Source: a virus (taxonomy: Duplodnaviria; Heunggongvirae; Uroviricota; Caudoviricetes). Taken from it: a stretch of DNA of 64,000 nt. Each line of letters starts with the position of its first letter. The first letter of the stretch is position 1. The notes below the pieces were generated by a model. The model made no database searches. It was not told the DNA's origin and worked only from the letters and a program-made list of their open reading frames with translations. Shown here piece by piece: positions 19,048-29,403 of this stretch. The stretch lies in the IMG/VR virus record IMGVR_UViG_2721755676_000001; one strand, 5' to 3'. A program made the translations under genes and the position numbers.

Positions 19048-22000
19048 TTGGACATGGAACAGTTCAAGAAGAAAAAATTACCGCTTCTTATTGCCGGTGC
19101 TGGTGGCAAGAAAAGTAAAAGCTCCAGCCGTACCCCGGTTGAAGCTGATGATACTGTCAATTCTCGTGCTATGGCAGCCATCCTCGACCTTCTTGGCGAG
19201 GGGGTTATCGGTGGCCTGGTAAATGGCGCAAAGTCGATCTTCATCGACGATTTACCGATCTTGAATGAAGATGGCTCTTCCAACTTCAGCGGTATTACAT
19301 GGGATTTTCGTGACGGCTCACAAGACCAGACGCCAATGGCTGGTTTTGATTTTGTTGAAACGCCTAAGTCCGTAAATATTCAGCTTAAAAAAACACACGA
19401 CGTTACGGTTTCAATCGATAACGATGAAGCTGATCGCGTTCGTGTCATCATGAAATTCCCCTCTTTACGTAGCGTTGATAAAAGCTCTGGCGATACAAAT
19501 GGCACTACGGTGAAGTACAAATTCCAGATCGCCAACGCAGACGCAACATTTTCTGATGTAGTGGCAGAAGGTGAGAAAAGCGTTGATATCACGCTAACGG
19601 CAAAGAAAACCGGCGTGTATTACCGTAGCTATGAGCTGAAACTGCCTAAGCCTGGTCGTGCATACAAGGTTAGGGTGATTCGTCTTACAGATGATAATAG
19701 TAGCCAGTACCTCTACAACGACACATGGGTTGATTCCATCGGTGAGATTGTCGACACGCCAATGAACTACCCTAACTCTGCTCTTGTTGGCTTGAAGGTC
19801 AATTCAGAGCAGTTTGGTAGCACAATGCCTTCCCGTTCGTATTTGGTGCGCGGTATCAAAATCCGAGTACCGTCAAACTACAACGAATACACCAATACTT
19901 ATGTCGGCGTATGGGACGGTACTTTTAAGCTGTTGTCTTCTTCAAACCCTGCGTGGATTCTCTACGATTTGCTTACCAATACTCGGTATGGTCTTGGGCA
20001 ATTTGTGTCGGAATCCATGATTGACCTCGGCCAGCTCTACCAGATTGGTCGATATTGTGACGAGGAGGTCGATGATGGCTTTGGGGGTAAAGAGAAACGT
20101 TTTGCAATCAATACGCAGATCACTAGCCGACAGGATGCATACCGATTAATTCAGGATATTGCCGGTGCATTCCGCGGCATGGTGTTTTGGGCTGGTGGCA
20201 TGGTTAACATCATGCAGGATAGCCCATCAGATCCGGTAATGATGTTTACCAACTCCAACGTCAAAGATGGACTGTTTACCTATAAAGGTTCTGCGCGTAA
20301 AGATCGCCCATCCGTTGCGCTCGTAACCTACAACAACAAGGAGGACGGTTATAAGCAAAATATCGAGTACGTTGAAGATCAGGACGCAATGCGCCGTTAT
20401 GGTGAGCGTAAAACAGAAGTCGTAGCATTTGGATGTACAAGCCGAGGCCAGGCTCACCGAGTTGGTTTGTGGCTTTTGTATACCGCCAGAATGGAGTCGG
20501 ATGTAATTACATTTACTGCCGGCTTAGACGCCTCATTTCTGATGCCTGGTGAAACCGTTCTGATTCAGAACAAATATCGTGCAGGTAAACGTAACTCCGG
20601 TCGAATTGTGGAGTTTACCAAAAACAGCATCACTCTCGATGCGCCTGTGTCGTTAGCTAAAAGCGGCAGCTTTATTCGGATATTGAATCAGGAAGGCAAA
20701 ATCGTTGAACGCGATGTTCTTGAAACTGGCGAAAACATAACAAAGGTTACGTTTTCAAAAGCCCTGTCGTCAGCGGAAACGCCTGTTTTGAACGGTGTCT
20801 GGACAATTACAGAACCAGATCTCGAACCTATGCGCGTTCGCATCGTTAACATCGCACAGGGGGAAACGCCGGGTAGCTTTGACATCACCGCTGTTGAGAA
20901 CAATCCGTCTAAATATGAGGCAATCGACAATGGTGCAACGCTGATCCCGCAGAATACGACGGTATTGGACCCAACTTACTCCAAGCCATCTAATCTGCAA
21001 ATCACTGAAGGGACTTATCTCTCAAGCCCGGGCAACCTGTCAGTAAAACTGACTGCAACATGGGAAGGGAAGTCTCCAGAGTATTGGATCAGTTGGCGAC
21101 GTTCTGATGAAAACAATGTATCGAACTGGCAATCGGCGCGTGTAACCGAAGAGCAATACGAAATCGTTAATGTCGCGGAGAATGGACGCTACGACTTCCA
21201 GCTGTATGCGGTTTCATTCAACGGTAAAAAAACAGAGATTATCAGTACCGTTTATCAGGTGTTGGGCACAATGACACCGCCTGATGCCCCAACGTCATTA
21301 ACGGCCGTTGGAGACTATCGTAATGTGATACTGAATTGGGTTAATCCAGATTCGGTAGACCTTGATCACATTAATGTTTACGCATCCCAGACCAACAATC
21401 TGGATACGGCGAAACTGATCGCAGAGTCTGCAAGCACCACCTTTACACATGCTGGTCTTGGGGATAGCGAAACGTGGTATTACTGGGTTCGAGCATCGAA
21501 CAAGCGAGGTATGTTAAGCCCTCCGAACTCAAACTTGGGTACAGAGGCGACAACTCGCGATGTACTGTCGTTCCTGGCTGGCAAAATTACATCTTCCGAG
21601 CTTGGTCAGGCTCTGCTTGAGGACATCAACAGCAAAGCCTCTCAAGAAGCAGTTGACGAGTTAAATGAGCATATCAACCAGAGCGTCGAATCTTTAGAGG
21701 GGGCGGTAAACGACGTTAAGGAAGATATAGCTGAATTAGATAAGCAGTTCAGCGATAACCTCGCGGATTTTGAAATAAAATTCAACGAGCGTAGCGATGC
21801 TTTGGAGAACGCACAAACCGAGCTTAAAGGTGAGGTTTCGGCAACGATTGACAAGGTCAATGAAGCGTTTGAAAAAATTGATGCTACTGATGCTGCAATT
21901 GTTGAAATCGAAAACACCGTATCTGAACACGATAAAGCTCTCGCTAATACAGTCGAGGCAATAAAGGCTGCAAGAGATGAAGCGGCGGCTCTTATTGCTA

Positions 22001-23778
22001 AGGAAAGCGAGGCTCGTGTTGAAGGCGATGCTGCAAACGCTAAACAACTGGAAGTGTTGCAGTCAACGGTAGAGGAAAGCTCCGCTGCCGTTGAAGAAAT
22101 GAAAAAGACGGTTGCAGAGGTCGATCGTGCCAGTGCAGAACTGACTACGAACATTGAGGCGTTAGCCAAAACAAATATTGACCTGGCTCTTCGTCAAGAT
22201 GAAGACCAGCACAAGCAGATGGTCAATAACGCGAAGATCGCAACAACACAGAAAACCTTTGCTGATGATATGTCTGCAATGGCCACGAAGGTTGAGGAAA
22301 TTCGCGTAGAAATTGGCGAAGACATTAAGGCCAGTATTCTGGAAGAGTCCACCGCTCGTGCCGATGGCGATGAAGCGTTGGCAAAGCGTGTCACTCAGCT
22401 GCAATCTAAGTTTGAAGGAGATATCAGCGCGGCGATTAGTACAGAGCAGGAGGCTCGTACATCTGCCGATGAAGCTCTGACGACACAAATCACTCAGCTT
22501 GAGTCGAAAGTAAGCAACGATATCGTCGCAGCTATTAAGGAAGAGCAAGAAGCCCGAGCAACGGAAGATTCGGCTCTGGCAAGCCAGATCACCCAACTTC
22601 AGGCAAAGGTTGATGATGATATTTCTGCTGCAATACGTAGTGAGCAGGAGGCCCGAGCAAGCGGGGACTCTGCGTTAGCCAAACAAATAAACCAGCTTCA
22701 GTCAAAGGTTGACGGTGATATATCCGCTGCCATCACTCAGGAGCAGGAGGCCAGAGCAAGTGCTGACCAGGCGCTCTCACGAGAAATTAACAGCCTGCGA
22801 GCACAAACCGGAACTGATATTGCCGCAGCGGTTGCTGTAGAGACAAAAGCAAGGACTGATGCCGATAGTGCATTGTCTACCCAGATTACGTCTCTTACAG
22901 CAAAAGCTAATGATCTCAAGGCGTCTCTTGCCAGAGAAACAACGGCTCGTGCAGATGGTGATACCGCTTTAACAAAAGAGGTTTCAAGTTTAAAAGCACA
23001 GACAGCGAAAGATATTAGTGCGGCCGTTGCAGTTGAAACGCAGGCTCGAACTGATGCTGACTCGGCGTTGTCGTCTCAGATCACCAAGCTGACCTCTCAA
23101 TACAAAGAGGATATTAAAGCGGCTGTAGCAACCGAAACGAAAACACGTACAGAGCAAGATGCTGCATTGGCGACTCAAATCACAAACTTAGAGTCTCAAA
23201 CGGCAGCCAACATTTCCGCGGCGGTCACAACTGAAACGACAGCGAGAACGCAGGCAGATAATGCTCTGAGTGGGCGAATCGATACTCTGAAAGCAGAGGT
23301 GAATGGAAATACCGCGACAATTCAACAGCAGGCAACAGCTATTGCTGATACCAACAAAAAAGTGTCAACCGCGTGGACGTTGAAAATGGAGACTTCAACG
23401 AGCGGAGGGCAGAAGTATGTTGCCGGTATTGCGCTTGGTATTGACACCACTGGGCTATCTCAGTTTTTGGTTCAGGCGGACAGGTTTGGTTTGGTCAACT
23501 CTGTTAACGGGAAGATCACAACGCCATTTGTTATCGAAAACAGTATCGCCTATATGAATGGAGCGTATATCAAGGATGGCACAATCACCAATGCAAAAGT
23601 AGGCGATCTGCAATCTACCAATTTTGTTAGCGGTAGATCTGGATGGCGATTCGGCAAAAATGGAACGCTTGAGATCAACGGTAATAGCGGCGGCAATGGG
23701 CGATTGGTTATAAATGGTCAGCGGATTGACGTTTATGACGATAACAACGTCTTACGAGTAAGAATTGGCCGTCTGTGA
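19048..23778 (+). CDS. central tail fibre / host specificity protein (lambda gpJ-like)
   Basis: Recognisable gpJ-type blocks (YPNSALVGLKVNSEQFGS, VPSNYN, GVWDGTFK, FGCTSRGQAHRVGLWL, KYVAGIALGIDT..LSQFLV) recalled from lambda J. Confidence 0.9.
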   Translation: MDMEQFKKKKLPLLIAGAGGKKSKSSSRTPVEADDTVNSRAMAAILDLLGEGVIGGLVNGAKSIFIDDLPILNEDGSSNFSGITWDFRDGSQDQTPMAGFDFVETPKSVNIQLKKTHDVTVSIDNDEADRVRVIMKFPSLRSVDKSSGDTNGTTVKYKFQIANADATFSDVVAEGEKSVDITLTAKKTGVYYRSYELKLPKPGRAYKVRVIRLTDDNSSQYLYNDTWVDSIGEIVDTPMNYPNSALVGLKVNSEQFGSTMPSRSYLVRGIKIRVPSNYNEYTNTYVGVWDGTFKLLSSSNPAWILYDLLTNTRYGLGQFVSESMIDLGQLYQIGRYCDEEVDDGFGGKEKRFAINTQITSRQDAYRLIQDIAGAFRGMVFWAGGMVNIMQDSPSDPVMMFTNSNVKDGLFTYKGSARKDRPSVALVTYNNKEDGYKQNIEYVEDQDAMRRYGERKTEVVAFGCTSRGQAHRVGLWLLYTARMESDVITFTAGLDASFLMPGETVLIQNKYRAGKRNSGRIVEFTKNSITLDAPVSLAKSGSFIRILNQEGKIVERDVLETGENITKVTFSKALSSAETPVLNGVWTITEPDLEPMRVRIVNIAQGETPGSFDITAVENNPSKYEAIDNGATLIPQNTTVLDPTYSKPSNLQITEGTYLSSPGNLSVKLTATWEGKSPEYWISWRRSDENNVSNWQSARVTEEQYEIVNVAENGRYDFQLYAVSFNGKKTEIISTVYQVLGTMTPPDAPTSLTAVGDYRNVILNWVNPDSVDLDHINVYASQTNNLDTAKLIAESASTTFTHAGLGDSETWYYWVRASNKRGMLSPPNSNLGTEATTRDVLSFLAGKITSSELGQALLEDINSKASQEAVDELNEHINQSVESLEGAVNDVKEDIAELDKQFSDNLADFEIKFNERSDALENAQTELKGEVSATIDKVNEAFEKIDATDAAIVEIENTVSEHDKALANTVEAIKAARDEAAALIAKESEARVEGDAANAKQLEVLQSTVEESSAAVEEMKKTVAEVDRASAELTTNIEALAKTNIDLALRQDEDQHKQMVNNAKIATTQKTFADDMSAMATKVEEIRVEIGEDIKASILEESTARADGDEALAKRVTQLQSKFEGDISAAISTEQEARTSADEALTTQITQLESKVSNDIVAAIKEEQEARATEDSALASQITQLQAKVDDDISAAIRSEQEARASGDSALAKQINQLQSKVDGDISAAITQEQEARASADQALSREINSLRAQTGTDIAAAVAVETKARTDADSALSTQITSLTAKANDLKASLARETTARADGDTALTKEVSSLKAQTAKDISAAVAVETQARTDADSALSSQITKLTSQYKEDIKAAVATETKTRTEQDAALATQITNLESQTAANISAAVTTETTARTQADNALSGRIDTLKAEVNGNTATIQQQATAIADTNKKVSTAWTLKMETSTSGGQKYVAGIALGIDTTGLSQFLVQADRFGLVNSVNGKITTPFVIENSIAYMNGAYIKDGTITNAKVGDLQSTNFVSGRSGWRFGKNGTLEINGNSGGNGRLVINGQRIDVYDDNNVLRVRIGRL
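22342..23305 (+). repeat. ~10 tandem 99-bp (33-aa) coding repeats inside the gpJ-like gene (unit ~ EQEARAsADsALstQItqLqsKvddDISAAI)
   Basis: Periodic protein sequence read from translation. Confidence 0.8.
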
Positions 23779-23807
23779 TGGTGGAAAAAAAATTTTATAT
23801 CGGTAAA

Positions 23808-23831
23808 AATAGGTAAGTATCTACTTAATAG
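23808..23831 (+). promoter_or_regulatory. junction motif AATAGGTAAGTATCTACTTAATAG
   Basis: Read directly; upstream of side tail fibre gene. Confidence 0.35.
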
Positions 23832-23871
23832 CGGGCAAGGATAGCCCGCCAAATCAAGGAGCATATTCAAC

Positions 23872-26800
23872 ATGTGGTACAGGGAAGGTACTATCACATT
23901 TACACAGGGCAGCAATACTCTGGTTGGGGCAGGGACAGCCTGGAACGTAACAGCTAATGGTGTGTTGCCGGGGATGATCGTCATTGGCCCCGACAATAAG
24001 CTGTATGAGATCAAGCGCGTAACCAGTGATACGAACATTGTTCTCTCAGAACCTTATACCGGCGAAACTCAGTCTGAAGTTCCGTGCCGAATCATTACGA
24101 CCTATGAAGGCGACTTAACACAGTTTAGCGCGCGCTTTACTGCGCTAATGTCGCGTATGTCGGCTGATTCCAAGTCCATACGCAGTTGGTTGACTGCGCT
24201 GGATGAGGTGACAATCGAGCGTGAAGACGGTACAGAAGTGACCGTTAAGCCGCTAATGCAGATCGCCAACGAGCACAACGAAAACGTTGAGTGGTATAAA
24301 AATAACACTGACGCGATTGATGCTGCTGGCGACAAAGCTCGTGAGGCGGCGGCCAGTGCTGCCGCAGCAGCAAAAAGCGCCAATGCCGCTGGAGAAAAAG
24401 CCTCTCAAGCGTCTCAAAGTGCATCCGCTGCGGCATCCTCACAAAGTGCCGCAAGTGCGAGTGCAACTGCTGCGAAAAAATCTGAAACGAATGCTGCAGC
24501 GTCACAAAAATCTGCAGCCACTTCTGCATCCACCGCGACCACGAAGGCGTCAGAAGCTGCCACCTCAGCCCGGGATGCGGCGGCCTCAAAAGAGGCAGCG
24601 AAATCATCAGAAACGAACGCATCCTCAAGCGCCAGTAGTGCCGCTTCCTCGGCAACGGCGGCAGGAAATTCCGCGAAGGCGGCAAAAACGTCCGAGACGA
24701 ACGCCAGGTCTTCTGAAACGGCAGCGGGACAGAGCGCCTCAGCTGCGGCAGGCTCAAAAACAGCGGCTGCGTCGTCTGCCAGTGCCGCGTCAACAAGTGC
24801 CGGGCAGGCCTCAGCCAGTGCCACCGCCGCCGGAAAATCGGCAGAAAGTGCCGCATCGTCTGCTTCAACAGCCACAACGAAGGCTGGCGAAGCCACTGAA
24901 CAGGCCAGCGCAGCAGCGAGGTCTGCTTCCGCAGCGAAGACATCCGAAACGAACGCGAAAGCGTCGGAAACCAGCGCAGAATCCTCAAAAACGGCTGCCG
25001 CATCGTCCGCCAGTTCGGCGGCGTCATCGGCATCATCGGCGTCTGCTTCAAAAGATGAGGCGACCAGACAGGCGTCAGCAGCGAAGGGCAGCGCCACGAC
25101 GGCATCCACGAAAGCAACAGAGGCGGCAGGCAGTGCGACGGCAGCATCTCAGAGCAAAACTGCTGCTGAATCCGCTGCGACTCGTGCGGAAGCTGCTGCT
25201 GATCGTGCTGAAGAGATTGCCGGTGCAGTTGCGATGGAAGACGCAAGCCTTACAACTAAAGGTGTTGTGAAACTTAGCAGTGCTGTCGACAGCACCAGTG
25301 AATCGCTGGCCGCAACGCCAAAAGCAGTTAAAGCAGCCAATGACAATGCGAATAGCAGGGTGCCATCTAACCGAAAAGTTAACGGTAAAGCACTGACTGC
25401 GGATATCAAATTAACGCCGAAAGATATTGGTACTTTAAATTCAGTAACGATGTCTTTCTCTGGCGGGGCAGGGTGGTTCAAACTGGCTACGGTTACCATG
25501 CCACAAGCGAGTTCCATCGTTTACATCGCATTGATTGGTGGCGCTGGTTACAACGTCGGCTCCCCACATCAGGCAGGCATTTCAGAACTGGTTCTACGAG
25601 CAGGCAATGGAAACCCCAAAGGGATTACAGGTGCTTTGTGGAAGCGTACAGCTGTCGGATTAACGAATTTCGCCTGGATCAACACATCCGGCGATACATA
25701 TGATATTTACGTTGAGATTGGCAATTATGCGACTCGTGTAAATATCCATTGGGATTGTACTGCAAATGCGACAGTTTCTATTTATACCTCGCCAACATAT
25801 TCAGCGAGTAAGCCTTCCAGCGTTACCGATGGTGTTGTTTATACGATGTATAGCACACATCAGAAACCGACGCCGTTAGATATTGGAGCACTGCCAACAA
25901 CCGGAGGAACAGTTTCAGGTCCGTTGTCTGTTACAGGTGGATTAACTGGTTCATTGAATGGTAATGCAAGTACAGCCACGAAATTGCAGACGGCAAGATC
26001 TATCGGTGGAGTTGTTTTCGACGGTTCTGCAAATATTAACCTTCCAGGTGTAAACACTACGGGTAATCAGAACACCACTGGTAATGCTGCAACTGCTACA
26101 AAACTTCAGACTGCAAGAAAAATATCCGGTGTTCCATTTGATGGTTCTACTGATATCACTTTAACCGCTGCGCATGTTGCCGCTTTCGCAAGAAGGGCAA
26201 CAGGGTCATATGCGGATGCTGATGGTGGCGTGCCGTGGAATGCTGAATCTGGTGCTTACAATGTAACTAGAACAGGCGACAGTTATATTCTTGCCAACTT
26301 TTATACCGGTGTAGGTAGTTGCCGGACCCTGCAGATGAAGGCGCATTACAGAAATGGAGGTCTGTTCTACCGTTCCTCAAGAGATGGCTATGGTTTTGAA
26401 AGTGGTTGGGAGCAGGTTTACACGACTGGATTTATGCCTCAGCCGGCTGATATAAACGCGCCAACCGCTGCCGCTGGATGGTTAAATAGTGGTAACGGAA
26501 CGGCATTTACGACTGCTCAATTTATAACTTGGCTAAATAATCAGGGGGCATTTACAAACAAACATTGGATCGCACGGTGCTCATGGGCTTACGCCAACAA
26601 TAATTATATAGACGACACTGGTTGCGGTAGGATCGATCTATCTGGTTCCGTGATTGAGGTGTTTAGTAATAAGGCAACAAGCCACTACACTATTCGTGTT
26701 ACAACGACAACAACATCGGGTCATGGTGGTGTTAACAATGCGGAATTTATTTATGTGTACAATGGAAGTGATTATGCACCAGGCTGGCGTCGTTCTTATA

Positions 26801-28170
26801 ACACTAGAAACAAACCAACAGCTTCTGATGTAGGAGCATTATCGCTTTCTGGAGGAGCGTTAACTGGCGGATTAACTGCTGCTGGCGAGATTATTTCAAA
26901 ATCGGCGAATGGTCTGCGCATTGCCTACGGAAACTACGGATTCTTTATCCGAAACGATGGTTCAAGCACATACTTCATGTTGACCGATTCGGGTAACAGC
27001 CTGGGAACCTATAATAGTTTAAGGCCGCTTATCATTAACAATGCCAATGGTGCTGTTAGGATCGGTAATGGACTCAATGTTACTGGCGGCATCAATGGTA
27101 GTTTGAACGGTAATGCTTCAACAGCTACGAAGTTGCAAACAGCGAGAAACATCAATGGTGTTAAGTTTGATGGTTCAGGCGATATCAACATTAATACATT
27201 GGTATCTCGTGGCCGAGTTACGGCGTTAAGCGGCTCTACTCAAGGCACTGCTGGCATTCAAATGTATGAGGCGTACAACAATAGCTACCCGACCACGTAT
27301 GGCAACGTATTGCACATGAAAGGTGCGAGTGCTGCTGGTGAGGGCGAGTTGCTTATTGGCTGGAGTGGTACGAGCGGTGCACATGCGCCAGTTTTCATTC
27401 GCTCACGAAGAGATAACACAGGTGCAGCATGGTCAGCGTGGGCGCAGGTATATACCGCTAAGGATTCAATCCCTGGTGTGAATACAACTGGTAATCAGAA
27501 CACTACTGGTAATGCCGCAACCGCCACAAAATTGCAGACAGCAAGGAAAATTGCTGGTGTGGCGTTTGATGGCTCTGCCGATATAACTTTGACTGCGGCT
27601 AACCTTAATGCTTACACGAAAACAGAGGTAGCAAACCTTCTAAGCTCCTATGCAAGCAGATCATCACTGACAGGCTATAGTGGCAACCTGGATATTGTTG
27701 CTGAAACACTGGTTGTCAAATCAGGCGGTAGTGGAGGGTTTGCTATATGGGATATTGGCACAACTACTAGCGGTGCCAATATGTACATTGATCCAAACCC
27801 AGGTATCAATACAGTTTGGCGTTCAACGTCTTCAAGGCGCTATAAAAAGGATATTGAAACATTACAAGATCGATATGCTGATGAACTTTTGTCATTAAGA
27901 CCTGTTTGGTATCGTTCAATTTGTCGAGGTGACCGAAAGGATTGGGGGTATTACGGCCTTATTGCTGAAGAGGTTGGTGAGATTGCCCCGCAATATGTCC
28001 ATTGGCGTGAACCAACAAATAATGATTCTCCAGAAGATATTTCCTCAAATGGTATGGTCGCTGAAGGAGTGATGTATGAGCGTTTGGTTGTACCACTCAT
28101 TCATCATATTCAGCAATTGACCAAAAGGGTTGAGGAGCTTGAAACGAAGTTAAATTCACCTAAAGAATAA
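23872..28170 (+). CDS. side tail fibre protein (Stf-like) with C-terminal intramolecular chaperone (peptidase S74-like) domain
   Basis: Long Ala/Ser/Thr-rich segment (ASEAATSARDAAASKEAAKSSETNASSSA...) as in lambdoid Stf; repeated NTTGNQNTTGNAATATKLQTARKI modules; C-terminal SSRRYKKDIETL..GYYGLIAEEV; AAGGAG RBS. Confidence 0.85.
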   Translation: MWYREGTITFTQGSNTLVGAGTAWNVTANGVLPGMIVIGPDNKLYEIKRVTSDTNIVLSEPYTGETQSEVPCRIITTYEGDLTQFSARFTALMSRMSADSKSIRSWLTALDEVTIEREDGTEVTVKPLMQIANEHNENVEWYKNNTDAIDAAGDKAREAAASAAAAAKSANAAGEKASQASQSASAAASSQSAASASATAAKKSETNAAASQKSAATSASTATTKASEAATSARDAAASKEAAKSSETNASSSASSAASSATAAGNSAKAAKTSETNARSSETAAGQSASAAAGSKTAAASSASAASTSAGQASASATAAGKSAESAASSASTATTKAGEATEQASAAARSASAAKTSETNAKASETSAESSKTAAASSASSAASSASSASASKDEATRQASAAKGSATTASTKATEAAGSATAASQSKTAAESAATRAEAAADRAEEIAGAVAMEDASLTTKGVVKLSSAVDSTSESLAATPKAVKAANDNANSRVPSNRKVNGKALTADIKLTPKDIGTLNSVTMSFSGGAGWFKLATVTMPQASSIVYIALIGGAGYNVGSPHQAGISELVLRAGNGNPKGITGALWKRTAVGLTNFAWINTSGDTYDIYVEIGNYATRVNIHWDCTANATVSIYTSPTYSASKPSSVTDGVVYTMYSTHQKPTPLDIGALPTTGGTVSGPLSVTGGLTGSLNGNASTATKLQTARSIGGVVFDGSANINLPGVNTTGNQNTTGNAATATKLQTARKISGVPFDGSTDITLTAAHVAAFARRATGSYADADGGVPWNAESGAYNVTRTGDSYILANFYTGVGSCRTLQMKAHYRNGGLFYRSSRDGYGFESGWEQVYTTGFMPQPADINAPTAAAGWLNSGNGTAFTTAQFITWLNNQGAFTNKHWIARCSWAYANNNYIDDTGCGRIDLSGSVIEVFSNKATSHYTIRVTTTTTSGHGGVNNAEFIYVYNGSDYAPGWRRSYNTRNKPTASDVGALSLSGGALTGGLTAAGEIISKSANGLRIAYGNYGFFIRNDGSSTYFMLTDSGNSLGTYNSLRPLIINNANGAVRIGNGLNVTGGINGSLNGNASTATKLQTARNINGVKFDGSGDININTLVSRGRVTALSGSTQGTAGIQMYEAYNNSYPTTYGNVLHMKGASAAGEGELLIGWSGTSGAHAPVFIRSRRDNTGAAWSAWAQVYTAKDSIPGVNTTGNQNTTGNAATATKLQTARKIAGVAFDGSADITLTAANLNAYTKTEVANLLSSYASRSSLTGYSGNLDIVAETLVVKSGGSGGFAIWDIGTTTSGANMYIDPNPGINTVWRSTSSRRYKKDIETLQDRYADELLSLRPVWYRSICRGDRKDWGYYGLIAEEVGEIAPQYVHWREPTNNDSPEDISSNGMVAEGVMYERLVVPLIHHIQQLTKRVEELETKLNSPKE

Positions 28171-28182
28171 ACAACTTCAATC

Positions 28183-28205
28183 GGGGCTGGAGCTAAACCA
28201 GCCCC
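28183..28205 (+). other. stem-loop GGGGCTGG-AGCTAAA-CCAGCCCC after tail fibre gene (no T-run)
   Basis: Read directly. Confidence 0.3.
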
Positions 28206-28230
28206 TGCTTAAAAGTATAAGGATATATTT

Positions 28231-28485
28231 ATGAGCTATGGTGCACAGGTTTGGTCGCCATCAAGACAGGAGATGGTCAATGCGTTGGCCCCTGTTTATT
28301 ACCTCGATTATTTTACTCCCTCTGGTTCAGGAAGTAGAACATATGAGGTTGAGGCGGGATTGGGAATCGACTATTACATAATGGACGTAACCAATGGAAA
28401 GTACACAAGTCTTACGGTTTCTGGAAATACCATTTCGTGGTCTGGAGCTAGTGGTAATTTAAACATATTGGTTTTTCAAAAATAA
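28231..28485 (+). CDS. hypothetical protein (AT-rich cargo gene)
   Basis: ORF with AAGGA RBS; visibly lower GC than flanking structural genes. Confidence 0.5.
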   Translation: MSYGAQVWSPSRQEMVNALAPVYYLDYFTPSGSGSRTYEVEAGLGIDYYIMDVTNGKYTSLTVSGNTISWSGASGNLNILVFQK

Positions 28486-29093
28486 TGTACGGAAGCAAGA
28501 TATATCGATCTGACGGGAAGGTCTGGATGTCTCCTTCTTTGTCTCCTATCGTTTTTCAGAGAAAGCAGGTTGTTTCTTTGTCCGGCGGGACAGAGTTTAA
28601 CACCAAAATATCTCCAGATCGTTCACCGATTATTTTTGTTGCCTATTCGAAAGCTGTTTCATTAATAGCCAACAGAATAGTGCGTAACAACCAGGTGATT
28701 TACAGTTTCGGAGGTCGGGGTAGCGACTCTAGTGCCACGATATACGTATTTTCGAAAGGTATAGCCAAAAAAGAAACTTGGGGCATGAGTTTTTTCAATG
28801 CACAAGGGGGGGAAATCTATAATACGGCAAATATCCCACTTTCATTTACCTTTCTTAATAATACGGAGTGGAACAGCTCTGGAGGGCATGTTTTTGATTA
28901 CCCTCCAGCGATAATCCCAACATATGCGAATGTGTTCGCTGTTCCAGTACCGGGCGGAGCCATGACAATGGTTTATGGATATGCGGCGTATGGAAATACT
29001 GTTAGCTCGATATTCGTAAACCAACTTAATGGCGGCCATAGTTTTAGCGTAAATGGCAGAGTACCGGTAATAAATAGAAATCTGTATAACTGA
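28485..29093 (+). CDS. hypothetical protein (AT-rich cargo gene)
   Basis: ORF start overlaps upstream stop (TAATG). Confidence 0.5.
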   Translation: MYGSKIYRSDGKVWMSPSLSPIVFQRKQVVSLSGGTEFNTKISPDRSPIIFVAYSKAVSLIANRIVRNNQVIYSFGGRGSDSSATIYVFSKGIAKKETWGMSFFNAQGGEIYNTANIPLSFTFLNNTEWNSSGGHVFDYPPAIIPTYANVFAVPVPGGAMTMVYGYAAYGNTVSSIFVNQLNGGHSFSVNGRVPVINRNLYN

Positions 29094-29100
29094 TGAGTAA

Positions 29101-29334
29101 ATGATGAAAAGATTATTTCTAACAATAGCTGTTGTTCTCTCTCTTACTGGCTGCCAGAAATTGCCGACACCTATATGTTATGGTGAAGCTATCATTGGTG
29201 GACAGGAGACAGTCATACCCATATATGCTGTTAAAAAAGTGAACGACTATACCTTATACAAAGCGGGTAGCATCTATAACTGGCGATGGGTTGGAGTAGG
29301 TGCTTTCTCATCAATCGGTTGCAATGCTGAATGA
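29101..29334 (+). CDS. small lipoprotein (candidate Cor/Llp-like superinfection-exclusion protein)
   Basis: Signal peptide with lipobox LSLTGC; 77 aa; located directly after tail fibre genes. Confidence 0.5.
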   Translation: MMKRLFLTIAVVLSLTGCQKLPTPICYGEAIIGGQETVIPIYAVKKVNDYTLYKAGSIYNWRWVGVGAFSSIGCNAE

Positions 29335-29354
29335 TAGGTAAGTACACACCTACA
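29334..29354 (+). promoter_or_regulatory. junction motif GATAGGTAAGTACACACCTAC
   Basis: Read directly; ~50 nt upstream of lysis cassette. Confidence 0.35.
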
Positions 29355-29403
29355 ACAAAAGGGTGAAATGTGATATAAATCCGCCATCCCGATTTGACTT
29401 TTC

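Noticed and set aside
24245-25270. Three long overlapping ORFs (24245-25246 minus, 24287-25270 plus, 24414-25109 minus) with Pro/Arg/Gln-rich or Ala/Asp-rich translations
   Set aside because: They lie entirely inside the Ala/Ser/Thr-rich low-complexity segment of the side tail fibre gene, where alternative frames of a GC-rich repetitive sequence stay open by chance; no RBS or independent context.
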